Below, one piece after another: positions 1 to 13,560 of a DNA stretch of 64,000 bases. How positions within the stretch are numbered: the stretch's first letter is position 1; each line of letters begins with the position of its first letter. The notes below the pieces were generated by a model, which saw nothing but the letters and a program-made list of their open reading frames with translations, was not told where the DNA came from and did not search any database. The DNA is from Girardia tigrina (lineage: Eukaryota): positions 14,853 to 78,852 of the forward strand of contig MQRK01212946.1 in assembly GCA_001938485.1 (NCBI GenBank), written 5' to 3'. Position numbers and translations under genes: made by a program.

Positions 1-1100
1 ATATATATATATATATATATATATATTTGAATTCTTCTTTAATTATTAGAAACTGAAATAGTCCCAAAGGAGAAGTTAAATTTCCGAAATGGTTTCACCC
101 ATATTTTATCAGTTGGAAACATAAATTTCAGAAACTGACTATAAATAAATTGTGATTATTAATTCAAGAATTTTTCTTACAATTTAAATGAGAATTCAAT
201 TATTTATTTTATTGTATCGAATTTTTTAAGAAAGAGACCATTCAAAAAGGAAATTTTAACAAAACTAATTGGAAGACAGTTTCGATCATATCATTAAATA
301 CACAATATACAAAAAGATCATTTATTGAAATTCATATTAAATAATATAGAGTTATCAAAAATTATATTAATAATAAATTTGAGAAAATTATGCATGTCTT
401 TCAGAATATTTTATCACAAAGTTCGGTTAAATAATAGTTAGGGTCAACAAAAATGTTGCAAAAGTTGCAATAAGAACTAATAAGAACAGTGCAATAAAGT
501 AAACTCTTAAATAAATAAACTATTAAATAAATAATAACTTGATAAAACAAACAACCTTTATGGTGTGTCATCTCTAAATAACATTTTAAAATTCATGTAC
601 AAATTTTATGTGTTTCTTGTGTTTGTTTTATTTGTAACATAAAATGCAATTTTTATGTTTTCTTTGTACGTTTGTTTTACTGTATAAAATATAAAGTAAC
701 TTATAATAAAAAATTGTATAATAAATAAAAAAATTATTAAATTAATTCAAGGCTTATTCTTTCTACTAATAATGAAAGTAAATAACTAAAGTCAGAAAAG
801 AAAAAAAGGTAAGGGTACCGTAATCCCGAATTAACATTTAGTATATTTTGTCATCTATCACCAATACTTTGGTTTGGTCCTGTTTACACATGCCTGAGAT
901 TCAAAGTCTCAGAAATTTTTTTAACTTATTTTTTAATAATTATCGGTATTAAATTATTTATCGTATATCTATTAAAATATTGAAATTAATTATTTTGTCT
1001 AAAATTTTACGTGACATTGTTAACGAAGAAGATTGAAATTTTCTGTCTTGAAGAATGATTTTAATAAAGATACAAATTACTGCTTCTGAAATATTAAACT

Positions 1101-4096
1101 CCGTCTTGAACTGGGCCGCAGGACACCGGAAAATTCCAGGTGGGTCGGTAGCTGCCAACTGTCAAAAGAAAATTATTATATTTTTAATTTTTAAATTATT
1201 TTTCAATTTTAATTTTTTTATTTTTAATTTTTCTTCTGCTTAAATATTTTGTAATACTTAAATGTTATTATTCAATAATCAATAATATTGCTTATATTGA
1301 TTCAATATAAACATTTTTACCATACTTTTTACAAAAAAATATAAAAGAAAAGGTTAGTTAAATATTTTTAATGATTTAATTTAAATCGTTCGGTTAAACA
1401 AATATGGTGGTTTTGGTGGTGCGATAATGGATTATCATTTATATTTATATGTTATTAGTTCAGCAGTGTAACAACATTTAACTTACACATAATTTTTGTG
1501 TTTAAACAAATTTTTCAAATAATTATATTTTATTTCCAACATACATACTCTACCCCACAGAAAAATGAATAAACGAAAAGGAGGAGCTGAGAAAGAACGA
1601 ATAAGAAAGAAATCACTTTTAGAGAACGATGCCCAGAAATGTAAAAAGTTAACAAACATGTTTGCAACATCTTCTAGTACTAACTATATTGCCAATATGA
1701 GTACGGCTAATGAGGCACATAGTTCTAAAATTGAAACAGCAGATAGTTTCGATGATATTGCTGTTAATGTAAACTCATATTCTAACTCTGATATTCAATA
1801 TAAATTGACCACTGTGACCAGTAGCTAATTGCAGCTAAGTGAAGAAACTCATAATGACTATAATTATTTTTCGAAACCACCAGCGGATCGTTTGAAACTA
1901 TTTTTTAAATTTCATCCGAAACAAAACAATTTTGATCTCAACGTTAAACTTAATTACCAGAACGTTTATTTCAGAAACAATAAGCCTTGCCAATAGTTGA
2001 CTTACGACAAAAACAATCAAAAGTTGTTTTGTTCATTTTGTCTGGCGTTTAGCAAAGCTTCAGATTAATCAACGTTCGTTAGTGGTTACAACATCATGAG
2101 GTCCAAGCATATTTATCAAAGAATATCAGAACATGAAGGAAGTGCACTCCATGCAGTCTGCACGGAATCATATGTTTTAAAAATCAATGCCAAAGATATT
2201 GCTAGCATTTATACACACCGACGTGCTGAAGAGGTTAAAAAGAATCATTTAATTTTAAAAAGAATCATAGAAACTTTAAAAGTTATAGGTAAGCGTGGAC
2301 TTAGCTACTGAGGGGCAGAAGAGTCAGGGTTCCCTTTGCTAGATGACAGTGTAGATCACGGAAATTTTTTAGAAATTCTTTTACTTGTTAGCAAATTTGA
2401 TCCATTGTTAGAAGCGCATATAGAAGATGTGGTTCGAAAAAGCAAATCCCATCATGATTCATTTAGCAACCGCAAAGATCGTGGGGACTTGGTCACATTT
2501 CTGTCAAAAATGACTGTTAATAAAGTTATTGATGCTGTATCAATATAATTCAATTTAAGACAACAAAAGACAAATGTAACAAAAGATCAGCTTCAAACTG
2601 AATTATTGGATTTTGCAAGGAAATGGGAAAATTTTCAAACAACTCTTGAAAATGAATATAATTTGATCTTTGAAATGGAAGTATCAGACTCTGTATCAGT
2701 AGTATTACCAGGCAAAAACCACAGAAATAAATGCAAATCTTGCAAAAAATGTATTGTTTGTTGTTATTTTGTTCTCCAGAAGTTTAATTTACATAGTCTT
2801 GCTTATTCAAATTTGTATCTGGCTTACAAATTTGTTTTGACATTATCATCATCACAAGTTGCTTGTGAGAGGTCGTTTTCAAAATTGAAATACATTTTGA
2901 ACAGATTAAGAAATTTGCTGAGCCAGTCAACTTTACAATCATTCATGCTGATGTCTTGTGAGAAGGACCTTCTTCCAAGAATCAATAACAATAAAATCAT
3001 TGATGTTTTAGCATCGACTAGTGAAACGATGAAAAAACTGTCATATTGGTTAATAGTGAATTGAAATTTTAAACTCTAGTGTTTAGATTGTTAAAACTAG
3101 GAGTTATTGAACTATTTAATGTTTGTTTTGCATAATTACGAATTTGAACATGTTACATGTAATAAATAAAAACATTCTTACAACTTAAAGTAGTGTTTTT
3201 GAACTTTAAAATTTCATTATATATGTTGGGAACGTTCATAAATTAAAATTTTTGAATGTTATGAAATTATTAGATAAACAATTACATTCCATAAAATATT
3301 GTTATAAATATGTTAAAATAGATTTTCAGAAATTTAATATANNNNNNNNNNNNNNNNNNNNNNNNNNNNNNNNNNNNNNNNNNNNNNNNNNNNNNNNNNN
3401 NNNNNNNNNNNNNNNNNNNNNNNNNNNNNNNNNNNNNNNNNNNNNNNNNNNNNNNNNNNNNNNNNNNNNNNNNNNNNNNNNNNNNNNNNNNNNNNNNNNN
3501 NNNNNNNNNNNNNNNNNNNNNNNNNNNNNNNNNNNNNNNNNNNNNNNNNNNNNNNNNNNNNNNNNNNNNNNNNNNNNNNNNNNNNNNNNNNNNNNNNNNN
3601 NNNNNNNNNNNNNNNNNNNNNNNNNNNNNNNNNNNNNNNNNNNNNNNNNNNNNNNNNNNNNNNNNNNNNNNNNNNNNNNNNNNNNNNNNNNNNNNNNNNN
3701 NNNNNNNNNNNNNNNNNNNNNNNNNNNNNNNNNNNNNNNNNNNNNNNNNNNNNNNNNNNNNNNNNNNNNNNNNNNNNNNNNNNNNNNNNNNNNNNNNNNN
3801 NNNNNNNNNNNNNNNNNNNNNNNNNNNNNNNNNNNNNNNNNNNNNNNNNNNNNNNNNNNNNNNNNNNNNNNNNNNNNNNNNNNNNNNNNNNNNNNNNNNN
3901 NNNNNNNNNNNNNNNNNNNNNNNNNATATATATATATGAAATAATTATAGAAACTAAAGAAAAATATATGAAAATTAAATTAAATTAAAAATAAGTAGTA
4001 ATATTAAATTATTGAAAAAATTTATATGAAACTAATGATGAAGTGCGCCGCCGCCTTGATCAAATTTCCCGAGCCGGTTTTTTAAGTCCGACTCTG
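1101..4096 (+). mobile_element. Defective hAT transposon (Tip100/ZMYM1-like transposase, internally deleted)
   Basis: 8-bp TSD ATTAAACT at 1093-1100 and 4097-4104; degenerate TIRs; broken ORFs 1565-3064 with a Zn-finger-like FCSFC, a DUF4371-like GNFLEIL block and the hAT dimerisation motif VACERSFSKLK; catalytic core appears missing; spans an N gap. Confidence 0.88.
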
Positions 4097-4792
4097 ATTA
4101 AACTAAACATTTTTAATTATTTTGATTATATTTTTTAATTAAATGAAACATAGAAAAATATAAGGAATATTCAGAATAATTTTTATAATTTATAATTTAT
4201 TTTATAATTTATTAATTTTATAATTTATTTTTTATTATAATAAAATGTAGCTCGAGGCGATTCAAATAATCTCACTAAAACTGAAATCACAGTTTCATTT
4301 TCTTTTGTTGTTTGTAATTAAACTTTAATTTAATTGGATTGTAGAAACTAAGATCAATATGGAAGAGATGACATTCTTTTTGAAATTCTTTTCTCCTCAT
4401 TGGGTCCCTCTTCTATAATTATCATAATATGGGTCTCTAAATAAATAAAAAAAATTTTCATCAACAAATTACAGATGAAAGAACTTTATTTATTTAATTC
4501 AAGACTAATAGGAAATACATGAACAATGATCGGTATTCCGTTCTCAAGTACCAACATTTAGCATTTACTAAATGAGTAAATGATCTTTTTTTCTATCGTT
4601 TCATACTTTACAACGTAACAGAGATATTTCATTGTAATAACAATTTAAAGTTACTAAATCTTAGTCTTCACATTACATAAAAATCTGAAATCCACTTATT
4701 TCTGTACCTATTTTAACCTTCTATCTACTAACGATACTTATAATTACCAATTACTCTAAAACTTTAGGGCGAAACCAATTTTAAGAGAACTA

Positions 4793-6220
4793 GTAGGGAG
4801 AAAATGGGCATTCTGCACCACCACCACCCCATGTGGGTCACTTTGCGATGACAATAATTACCATGGCAACGGTCGCGGTTACCATAGAAACGGTCGAGGT
4901 TACCATAGCAACGGTTCCGGTTCACGTGGCAACGCTTCTGATTGGTCCTTGGTACCTTAACCTAGACAGCAACGGTTCCGGTTCACTTGATAGCACTTTT
5001 CATTTGTTCCCGGTTCCCTAGTAACGGTTCCGATCACCCTAGCCTAGGCAGCAACGGTAACTAAGGTCTTAGTTACCATAGCAACGGTAACTAATGGAAA
5101 TTTTTCATTAGGAACGGATACAGTGATTCAAGGCGGTTGTAACCATGGTGACGGTTACCGTATCCATAGCATTGTGCCTATAGCACATTGACTTATAAAA
5201 GGTGTTTAGCGTTGTGTCAAAATTATATTTTAGTGAAATAAATGTTTATTAAATGTATAATTTATTGTTTGTTTTAATTTATTGTTTTAAATAAATAAAA
5301 ATTGAATAAAATGAACTCTCACAAGGTAAGTAGATGTTGACAATAGGAGTTTTACATGTTGTTTTTACATATAATATTAAAGGTTATGTATCTTAGTTAC
5401 GGTAACCATGCTACTTGTGATTGTTGATGGGGTACATTAGGCGAATCATAAGATATTGTTTGACGGTAAACAACATACATACATCATAGGGATTTCATAT
5501 ATATATACGAAAAAATCGATTTTCGAGCACTTTTTTGATAATTCCAGAAATGTTCGAAAAACTCAATTTATCAGCACTTTTTCGAAAATGTTGATATGGA
5601 ATATGAATGTACTTATATGGGTTCATATTCAAGTACATCAGCACTTTTTTGATATTGTACTTCCTTGTACCTCTAAAATCGATGTGCATTTTGCGTAAAT
5701 TTGCACCTTAAGCTAATTATAGGAAAAACTAATCGATATATAAAAATTCTAATTGCACATTCAGATAGAGAATCAAAATGTGAATTCAAACATATGATAT
5801 TTGAAAAAATTATATGTATTGATTTTTTTCACTTTTGAACATGTGTAGCTTGAAAAGCATTGTGCTAGCACATTAGACATGTTGGGTACAATGTACACTA
5901 TCGATTAGCACATCTTGGCACTGTGCAATGATTGATTAGCACTTTTTTCTATGGTTGCTAGGAAAATGGTCACGGTTGCTATGGATACGGTAACCATAAC
6001 CATGGTTACAACCGCCTTGAATCACTGTATCCATTCCTAATAAAAAATGTTCCTTGGTTACCATTGTTATGGTAACTAAGATCTTGTTTACCGTTGTTAG
6101 GGACCCGGGAACCAATGAGAAGCGCAATCAAGTGAACCGGAACCGTTGCTATGGTAACCGCGATCGTTGTCATGGTAACCGCGACCGGGTGGTGGTCCAG
6201 AATGCCAATTTTCTCCCTAC
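4793..6220. mobile_element. Non-autonomous TIR DNA transposon with X-box-like subterminal repeat arrays
   Basis: TIRs GTAGGGAGAAAATgGGCATTCTGcACCACCAC / inverse at 6189-6220; 8-bp TSD GAGAACTA/GAGAACTT; about 400-bp inverted subterminal arrays of GTTRCCATRGCAAC-like units. Confidence 0.9.
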
Positions 6221-6228
6221 GAGAACTT

Positions 6229-6606
6229 ACAGATTTATTATTAATTTATTGCAATTACAATTTGGATCATCTTTATAACATTCGTAGTAGTGCTTTCACT
6301 CATATTCCTCAATCAAAGTTTAACAATTTTTATCCCAAAATCTGAACTAACTTGAACCTACATATTTGTTTAAAAATAATTACAGTAAACATTATTGGTT
6401 AAAATTTAAAGTACTATTATTCATTCTAAATTTACAGTTATAATAAATTAAAAATAAATTTGAATATTAAATCTAAATTTGAATAAATTAATTTCAGATA
6501 ATAAGAATTAAAATATTAATCATCCATCTGATCAGGAGAGACACAATCCCAAATCAACACACAACATTCAAACACAAAACATCAACATTCCAAATTATAT
6601 TCTCAT
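6229..6606 (-). mobile_element. Degenerate solo LTR of the TGTGAGGAAT family
   Basis: Shares the CATCCATCTG..GGAGAGACACAATCC core with other copies; its 3' tip probably lies left of the 4793 element; no TSD found. Confidence 0.6.
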
Positions 6607-6950
6607 GGTACGTTTTAGAAACAGTTTTTAACTCAACTGTTTCATGATAGACGGCAAGTGTTGTTGGGTTTTAACGAAATCTTAAAATATAAAGTAGTTA
6701 AAAAATTTTGAATATTTATGAATAAATTTTCTGTAGTTCATAATGCAGTTGATAAATAGTTAAAAAAAAAGTAGATCACGTATGACTTTTCACGATTAAA
6801 ATTATAAAAAAAAGTTTTAATTTTTCAAAATATTTCTGAACTTATTATAACATATATATTATTATTATCATTATTATTATTATACTTGCTTTACAAATAA
6901 ATATGTAAAAGATTTAACAAAATACATTTTTAAGTCATTGTTGTTTATAG

Positions 6951-7059
6951 ATTGAAAAAGATAAACAAATTTCCAATGGCAATCAAACGGATAATGTAGA
7001 CATCAAATTTTATGAATTGGACAAACGATGTTACTTTTCCGATGGCATCAGAAAAATAG
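6951..7059 (+). CDS. ANO7: Anoctamin (TMEM16, ANO7-like) exon, first identifiable in window
   Basis: ag|ATT...ATA G|gtttct; encodes IEKDKQISNGNQTDNVDIKFYELDKRCYFSDGIRKI(D), the anoctamin 'YF.DG.R.ID' motif; phase 1 matches the next exon. Confidence 0.85.
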
Positions 7060-7619
7060 GTTTCTTTATTTATTATATCTAAAAGAATCATTAAACATAA
7101 TTTTATATTTCTATTCTAATTAAGTTGATTCATTTCAAAATAAAATCTTTTAAAAATTCATCGTTAAATAAAATAATTGATCCGAAAATAGTTTTTAGAA
7201 AAATATTATGATAAAAAATGATAGAGGATATAATTAATCAAAACCGGTTAGATCGGCTGGTCTATCATTTTTTCATTTTAAGGTTTTTATTACTTATAAT
7301 CTTCAAGATCTGATACGTATTCTTCCTTTATAATCAATTTAAATGTATGCCAATTATTGGTTTGTGAGGTTGGAGTTGACCCCTTTTAGTGTATTTTTAC
7401 TTCATTTTTAAAAATTATGAAATTATTCAACTTTTTATGGGTAAAGTTTTTTTTAATTTTTTTGAAGTTCTTTATTTTGTATTAAGTTTAATGCCTGGTG
7501 TGGATTGATCTGATGATGGAATTTTTATCTCGGAGTACGTTGTTTTATTATTATCCCTTGAAAATAGATAATTATAGAAAATTTAAGAAGGTCATCGGTT
7601 ATTAACGGGGACTAGTAAT

Positions 7620-8170
7620 GGAATGATTATCATTTGTTTAAAAATATCCAAATATTCAGCCATTTTGGAACCAGCAACTCAGACTCTTAAGTCTGTACAA
7701 TTAGACTTACAAGCTGCTGATCAACTCGTTTAGGATTTAATTGAGATATTTTTATTGTATTGAGAAAACTCTGTCGAAAAGAGATTTTTTAAGAATAAAT
7801 CAATTTGTATACAAATTATTCCTCAATATAGAAATATCCATGCGATTTTCCAAGCAAATATATAGAAGTAATTGTACTGGAAAGATTATTATTACAGTAA
7901 TACAGTAAAATGTGTCTTTTCAAACAGTTTTTGAAATATTGACTGTATTTTCTAATTTCACGTTAACTGAACGGCCAAGACGGATCTTGAATTGGAGGAA
8001 CTTCGATCTTAATTTAAGATTCGGTTAAATTTAACGTAATGTTAATTAAGTTTTCCTTTAAAAAATCTCCGGAAATTCGACAAGTTTTCCTAAAAATCAG
8101 TAGAGAATGTTTGACAGAACGTGACAACATATTGAGAAAATTATTTTGCATGAAACGAAAAATAAGAAAA
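7620..8170 (+). mobile_element. Highly decayed hAT transposase C-terminal fragment
   Basis: Fragments such as LEPATQTLKSVQLDLQAADQL; many stops and frameshifts. Confidence 0.4.
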
Positions 8171-11100
8171 TTGTTCCTATTGATTGTTCCTTTATATTTT
8201 ATTGTTATAATTTTTTTGGATTGATATATAAAGAAATAATTGTAATGACCAGTGACTGTAAATAAAAATGTTTCAACCAACACCTTTATCAAAATCGTAA
8301 ACATAACCACACATGACAATCAATAACTCTCCATTTATCATCAGGGGGACTACTGTAATAACCTAAGAATATGGTAATAGTCTGCTGACATCAATTCAGT
8401 TTTTTTGTATGTATTCGTTTCGTTATTTTTTTTTGGTCTTGTGTTGTAATTTTTTTCTTTTGTACGGCTGTCATTCGTATGTGTTAATTTATTTTTCTTT
8501 TGTGCGTGTTGAATAATTTTTGCGTTTTATATTTTTTTATATATATTCTTTGTATGCTTGTGGTTATGAAAGAAAATCTTTAATTTATTCTGAAAGACGG
8601 ATATTTTACAAAACAAATTAATTCCTTAACAATGCGTTCATATTAATTAAGAATGAGACCAATCATCAAATTAATAATTAAAATACTCGAAAATCGAATC
8701 ATTTGTTCATGATTAATAAACGCTTTCTTTAGCAGTTTAGTATTTTTTGTGACCAGAAATTATTGAGATTTAATAAATATATGAAACAAATACATCATCC
8801 ATCAATAATATAATTTTACCGTCGTCAGTTAATGAAAGAGTGAAAGAACATTTTTGGAAAGAAGAAAGAATTTATTTTTATATGAGAAAAAGAGAAAGAT
8901 AATTGTCAAGGCGGAAATTATTCTTATATAAATTAATTATATAACTTCAAATTCAAATTAAAGTTTGAATTTGAAATTATATTGATTGCAGAATTAATTT
9001 ATATGGCCTGCATTATTATATTTAGCTGTTCCGACTTAAAATATACGGAAAGACTGAAATTCTGATTATAATTGTGATCACATAAATTCCTAAATATCAT
9101 CAACGTCTTTGAGTAGCATTTTTGTTACCGAATAACAAAAAAATCATCATCGTGACTGAATCAGCGTGTATCATCCTTTTTGCTCATTTACCGACTCAAT
9201 AGTGATAACCGGTTCCGACAAATATTTTTCAAAATTTAATTACGATTCACATTTCGTCCAATTCTCCAGTTACATTTTTGCAAAGACTTGGTGTAAGAAT
9301 CCGATATCACTTGTACGGTTATTAATAATTAAAATTTGTTTGCTTTACATTGTAAAATTGTTATTTGATTATAGTTCTCTCATTCTCATTGATAAGTTGT
9401 ATCGTCACTGCACTGATCAAGTTGATCAAATTGCATATAGTCATACATAGTTTGGTCAATTTGGTCATTCATTTATTCAGAGTTTAATTATTTTTTTTAT
9501 TATTCTAAACGATTTTAAGATTTCGATTTGAGTTACCTCCAGCAAGACTAACATTTGGTAATATATCTTTGCAAACTGCACTGGTGGTAACTGGATTCGA
9601 TATTCTTATTATTAAAAAAAGTCTAAATAGAGATAATTTATTTGTTAAAGCTCACCCTTTGGCCTACATCTATTAGGGAACAAAGAGTGAGCTTTACAAT
9701 AATGATATTGATCAAAGATAAAACGAAATCCAGATGATAATTTTCTTTTAAAAACAACACATCCAGATATTGATTAAATGGATATTTTTTATAAGGATGA
9801 CTAAACCTGTAGTAAAAAATTCGAATATTTGAAAAAATTAGTAAATACACTTTGAAATATTGAAATTAAAATGTAAAAGTTTATTAAAAAGTGCAACTAT
9901 TATTCAATCATCAATAATTACTGCAAATGTCAAAATATTCCTAATTGTTCTTCCAATTCCTAATTATTCAAACAAATAATTAAATGTTGATTAAATTAAT
10001 TCGTTCTCATGAAGTATTCCTTTTACGTTCAAGATTCATACCAGAACCTTTAAAACTAAAATTCACCCTCCCAGTCCAAGACGTTGGTAATTTCGAAATA
10101 ACATTTATTTAAAATTTGACTATAATAATTTCAAAATTAAACGTTTGAATAAACTTATATTCTAAACTCCTGATTGCAACTGGTTGATTTCTTCGTCTTT
10201 TATGTTAAATATCGATTTCCCCATCTATGAAATTCATGAATAGAAGAACGTTTTCATTTATAGTGTTGGATTTTGGGGAAATATCCAGTAATGAATATAC
10301 TCTTAATTATTTTAAAAGGGTGATTAATTCTTATAAGAAATAAACGAGATACGTCGATAAAATAATTACGTTCCACTAATTTCTGAAATTAAAATAACTA
10401 ATTTCATAAAGGCTGCGTTGAAGAAAGTTTGTGACTCCCTTTATTATATACCCAGATAAAAAGTCCAGATGAAAAGGATACAAGAACATAAACTTGTTAA
10501 CTGGTTATGGCGAAATATTAAAAAAATAAATAAATAAAAATATGAATAAAAATAAATATAAATATGAGGAGGTAATTAATTTTGGTTCGCTGATCAAAAT
10601 TTAAATATTTTTAAAAAAAGATTATTTTGAATTTAAATCAAATTGAAAATTTTAAAAATTAATTAGAATTAATTAAGTATTTTAAATTTGATTTTAAGGA
10701 CATTATTTATAAATTTATTTTGAATTAAAATAGTATCTTAATAGAAAAAATGAGTGATCAAAACAGATAACAAAACAGTAATTTTAAAATAATTTCAATC
10801 CGATTAAAAAAATAATAACATTTACAAAAATGTATTTTCAAATTTTAAATTAATTTTTTATATGATTAAAAAATTAAATATTTTAAAAATAAAAAAATTA
10901 AAGTATCTTTTAAAATAAAACGTATTTTTAAACTTTTTTAAAATAATAAAATATTCAAAAAAGTTTTTTTAAAAAAACGCAAAATTAAAAAAAAAACAGC
11001 ATATAAGATTTCAGTTGAAAAACAAAATTATAAAAAACATTTTAAAGTATTAAAGTAAAAAAAAAACAAATTTTAACATTAAATATTTTTAAAACATTAA

Positions 11101-11699
11101 ATATATATAAAATCATTTTGATAAATATTTTCATTTAAAAATTTAAAAGTTGAATGTTATTTTTGATTTGATGGATGAAAAATTATTTGAAAATAAGGAT
11201 CAACGGATTAATTATTAATTAAGGAAATAGTTGGAAAATTTGTTTGAATGTTGTTTTATAATAAAGATATAATTTGAGTAAAATGACTTCTGATATTGAC
11301 GTTACAAATACTGCTCACACATAAAAAACTATCTCGATGGGTATGAGGACATTTTTCGTCTTTGAAAAGACGGAAGATAAGATTTAATAGATAAAAACAG
11401 TGTAGAGCGTAAAGTGTTCAATATATTACGATTAATTTTCATGATGAAAAATGTCATTATGCCCATTGGAGTATGCTTTTATACATGACAAAATATTTCG
11501 TCATACACAGATTAAAAATGTTTTGCTCGGAACAGATAAGGTCAATTCAAGGACTAAAAAGTTTAATATTGGACATCACCAATATGACTCTCAAAATTTA
11601 AAATGATTTTCTCTTGAAAGAATAAACAAAGAGATTAACCTAAAAAAATTAACCTTAACAAAATAGAATATTATAGAGAATGAAGACCAACATATTTAT

Positions 11700-12136
11700 T
11701 ATTAACAACATCACAATTTGAATGTAAACATTTATTGACAAACACAAACAGATTCTTCACAACAATTTTCAGAGAACATCTTTCTTTGATTGATATAGTT
11801 TTTTGTTTATGTATTCAAATCTTAAAAAAACAATGAATGGGAAAGTTTTTAATATTAATTTTATATTTCTTATATTTTATTGGATAAAAAGACATTGCGT
11901 AATTTTTTAAATAAACATTAATTTTTTAAATATATTAAATTTAAGAAGTTAAAATCGTTTACTAAAAATATTATTAAAATTCATAATTATAAAACTTTAA
12001 TTAATTAGTACTTAAAATTAATATCATTAGATTCAAATAATCAATCAATAAACATATCAATCCCATCTGAGTTGGAGTCAAAAATCAAAACAGCATACAA
12101 ACAACAAACTTACAACATTCCAAATTATCCATCACA
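11700..12136 (-). mobile_element. Solo LTR (TG...TA)
   Basis: 5-bp TSD TTTAT at 11695-11699 and 12137-12141; family core motif. Confidence 0.8.
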
Positions 12137-12342
12137 TTTATACTAAGACATGAATGCCCCCAGTAAACATATCTTAAAAAGATCCTGTAAAGCATTACAT
12201 GATTATACAAATACGATAAATCGTTTCAATTATTATTATTACTAAAGATATTTGAAGATTACATTAATGAATTTAATATATTTTTTTAATTCTTTTTGAT
12301 AAAAATCTAAAAGACTAATTTCAACTAAAATAAAGTACTTTT

Positions 12343-13560
12343 TTATATTTTCTGTAGTTTTGACAATGCAGAAGTGGCACTGTGTAAAACTTGCATGAAA
12401 ATACCAATCACGTAACCCGTATATTGCAAGGCGAGAAAATATAAATAAATAAACCATCCTATAGTCGCAAGAGTATTCGTCAGAAGCACAACAATTAGCA
12501 CTAAAGTATCCTGTAAATCTAATATTAATCTCAAGAAATTCGAGGTGTCTTTTATCAAACCGAATATCGTTCCAAGCAAAGATCTTACGGTATCGTAAGT
12601 TTTGATTAAATTCGATTTTAGTAGGTTCACTTTGACAATTGTAAAACGTAAATTGGCGACTGAAACGAGAACGAATGTGATAAAGGGAGCGATTTCTACA
12701 GACGAAATACTCAATAGGATAAAGAATTGACTAATTTGGTTTTTCGTTAAATTAGCGATGGCATCGGCGTCCATCTTCAGAAAATTAATCGTTTTATCAA
12801 CAGTTGGGAGCAAAATGACGTGACTAAAGAACTGGAAAATCGAATAAACGATCCAGGAAATGAGAAAAAAGAAACCGAATACGACTTGAAAGAAAACGTG
12901 TTTGGTAACGATAAGAATGAATTCGATAAATTTCCATTTGATCCAGAAAAATCGACGAAGTATTTTGTAAACGTGTATGTAGTCCAAATTAATAGTGGGT
13001 AGTTTCATAGAGGAAAAGTTGATACTCTCTACATATCCAATACAATTCTCTAAGTGGCGATTATTGAGGAATTTATCGAGAAACTTTAGAATCAAAACTA
13101 TCGCAATAGTCGTAACGGCGAGAATCTGGATGATTAATTCCGTTCCATAGACCCCGATGAAAGTTCCTATTCTAAAAACGAATTTGAGACAGAATTTCAG
13201 GAAAGAATTTCCGTATTTAGCGATATACATTGCTTCATCTGCTGTAAATTTCATCGCTTTAGTTTTCGCTTTCTTTTTCATTGTTGTTTTCGGAGTACTA
13301 GCCGCGGCTTTCGACAACTTCATCTGAATATCATTTGTTTGAGGTAGTTTTTGGAAGATATTCTTATAGGGATTATTCGATTTCGGACCATTTGCCACAG
13401 AATCATGTTGCCATTGTTTTTCACTATCTTCACTTTCGTCCGAATGTTCTACCGAAACTATCGGATTATTCGATGGTCGAAAACATTTTAAAAGTTTATT
13501 TTTTGTATCTTCTCTCAGCTTTACACAATTAATATTTTCTTCATAATTACTACCAAACAT
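12343..13560 (-). CDS. Orphan 405-aa single-exon ORF, predicted multi-pass membrane or amphipathic protein, antisense within an anoctamin intron
   Basis: ATG-to-stop uninterrupted 1218-bp ORF in very AT-rich DNA; hydrophilic basic N-terminus followed by several long hydrophobic segments; no TE motif recognised. Confidence 0.65.
   Translation of the reverse strand: MFGSNYEENINCVKLREDTKNKLLKCFRPSNNPIVSVEHSDESEDSEKQWQHDSVANGPKSNNPYKNIFQKLPQTNDIQMKLSKAAASTPKTTMKKKAKTKAMKFTADEAMYIAKYGNSFLKFCLKFVFRIGTFIGVYGTELIIQILAVTTIAIVLILKFLDKFLNNRHLENCIGYVESINFSSMKLPTINLDYIHVYKILRRFFWIKWKFIEFILIVTKHVFFQVVFGFFFLISWIVYSIFQFFSHVILLPTVDKTINFLKMDADAIANLTKNQISQFFILLSISSVEIAPFITFVLVSVANLRFTIVKVNLLKSNLIKTYDTVRSLLGTIFGLIKDTSNFLRLILDLQDTLVLIVVLLTNTLATIGWFIYLYFLALQYTGYVIGIFMQVLHSATSALSKLQKI

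Noticed and set aside
770-815. Possible first anoctamin exon ending at AAG|GTAAGG
   Set aside because: The nearby ATG hits a stop immediately and there is no homology support.
3252-3944. Long ORFs full of X (also 20239-21196, 24422-25517, 34526-35147, 62153-62437)
   Set aside because: They are open only because they cross N gaps.
4857-5175. Regularly spaced repeats resembling a CRISPR array
   Set aside because: Spacers are about 7 bp and similar to each other, the arrays are inverted inside a TIR element, the context is eukaryotic and there are no cas genes.
7505-7550. CTGATGA hammerhead-like core
   Set aside because: The essential GAAA reads GGAG; at best a dead Penelope hammerhead.
9000-10300. 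Coding-like decayed sequence on the minus strand (similar cases at 11170-11640, 16020-16340, 58000-58640)
   Set aside because: Probably old TE relics, but no family motif could be established.
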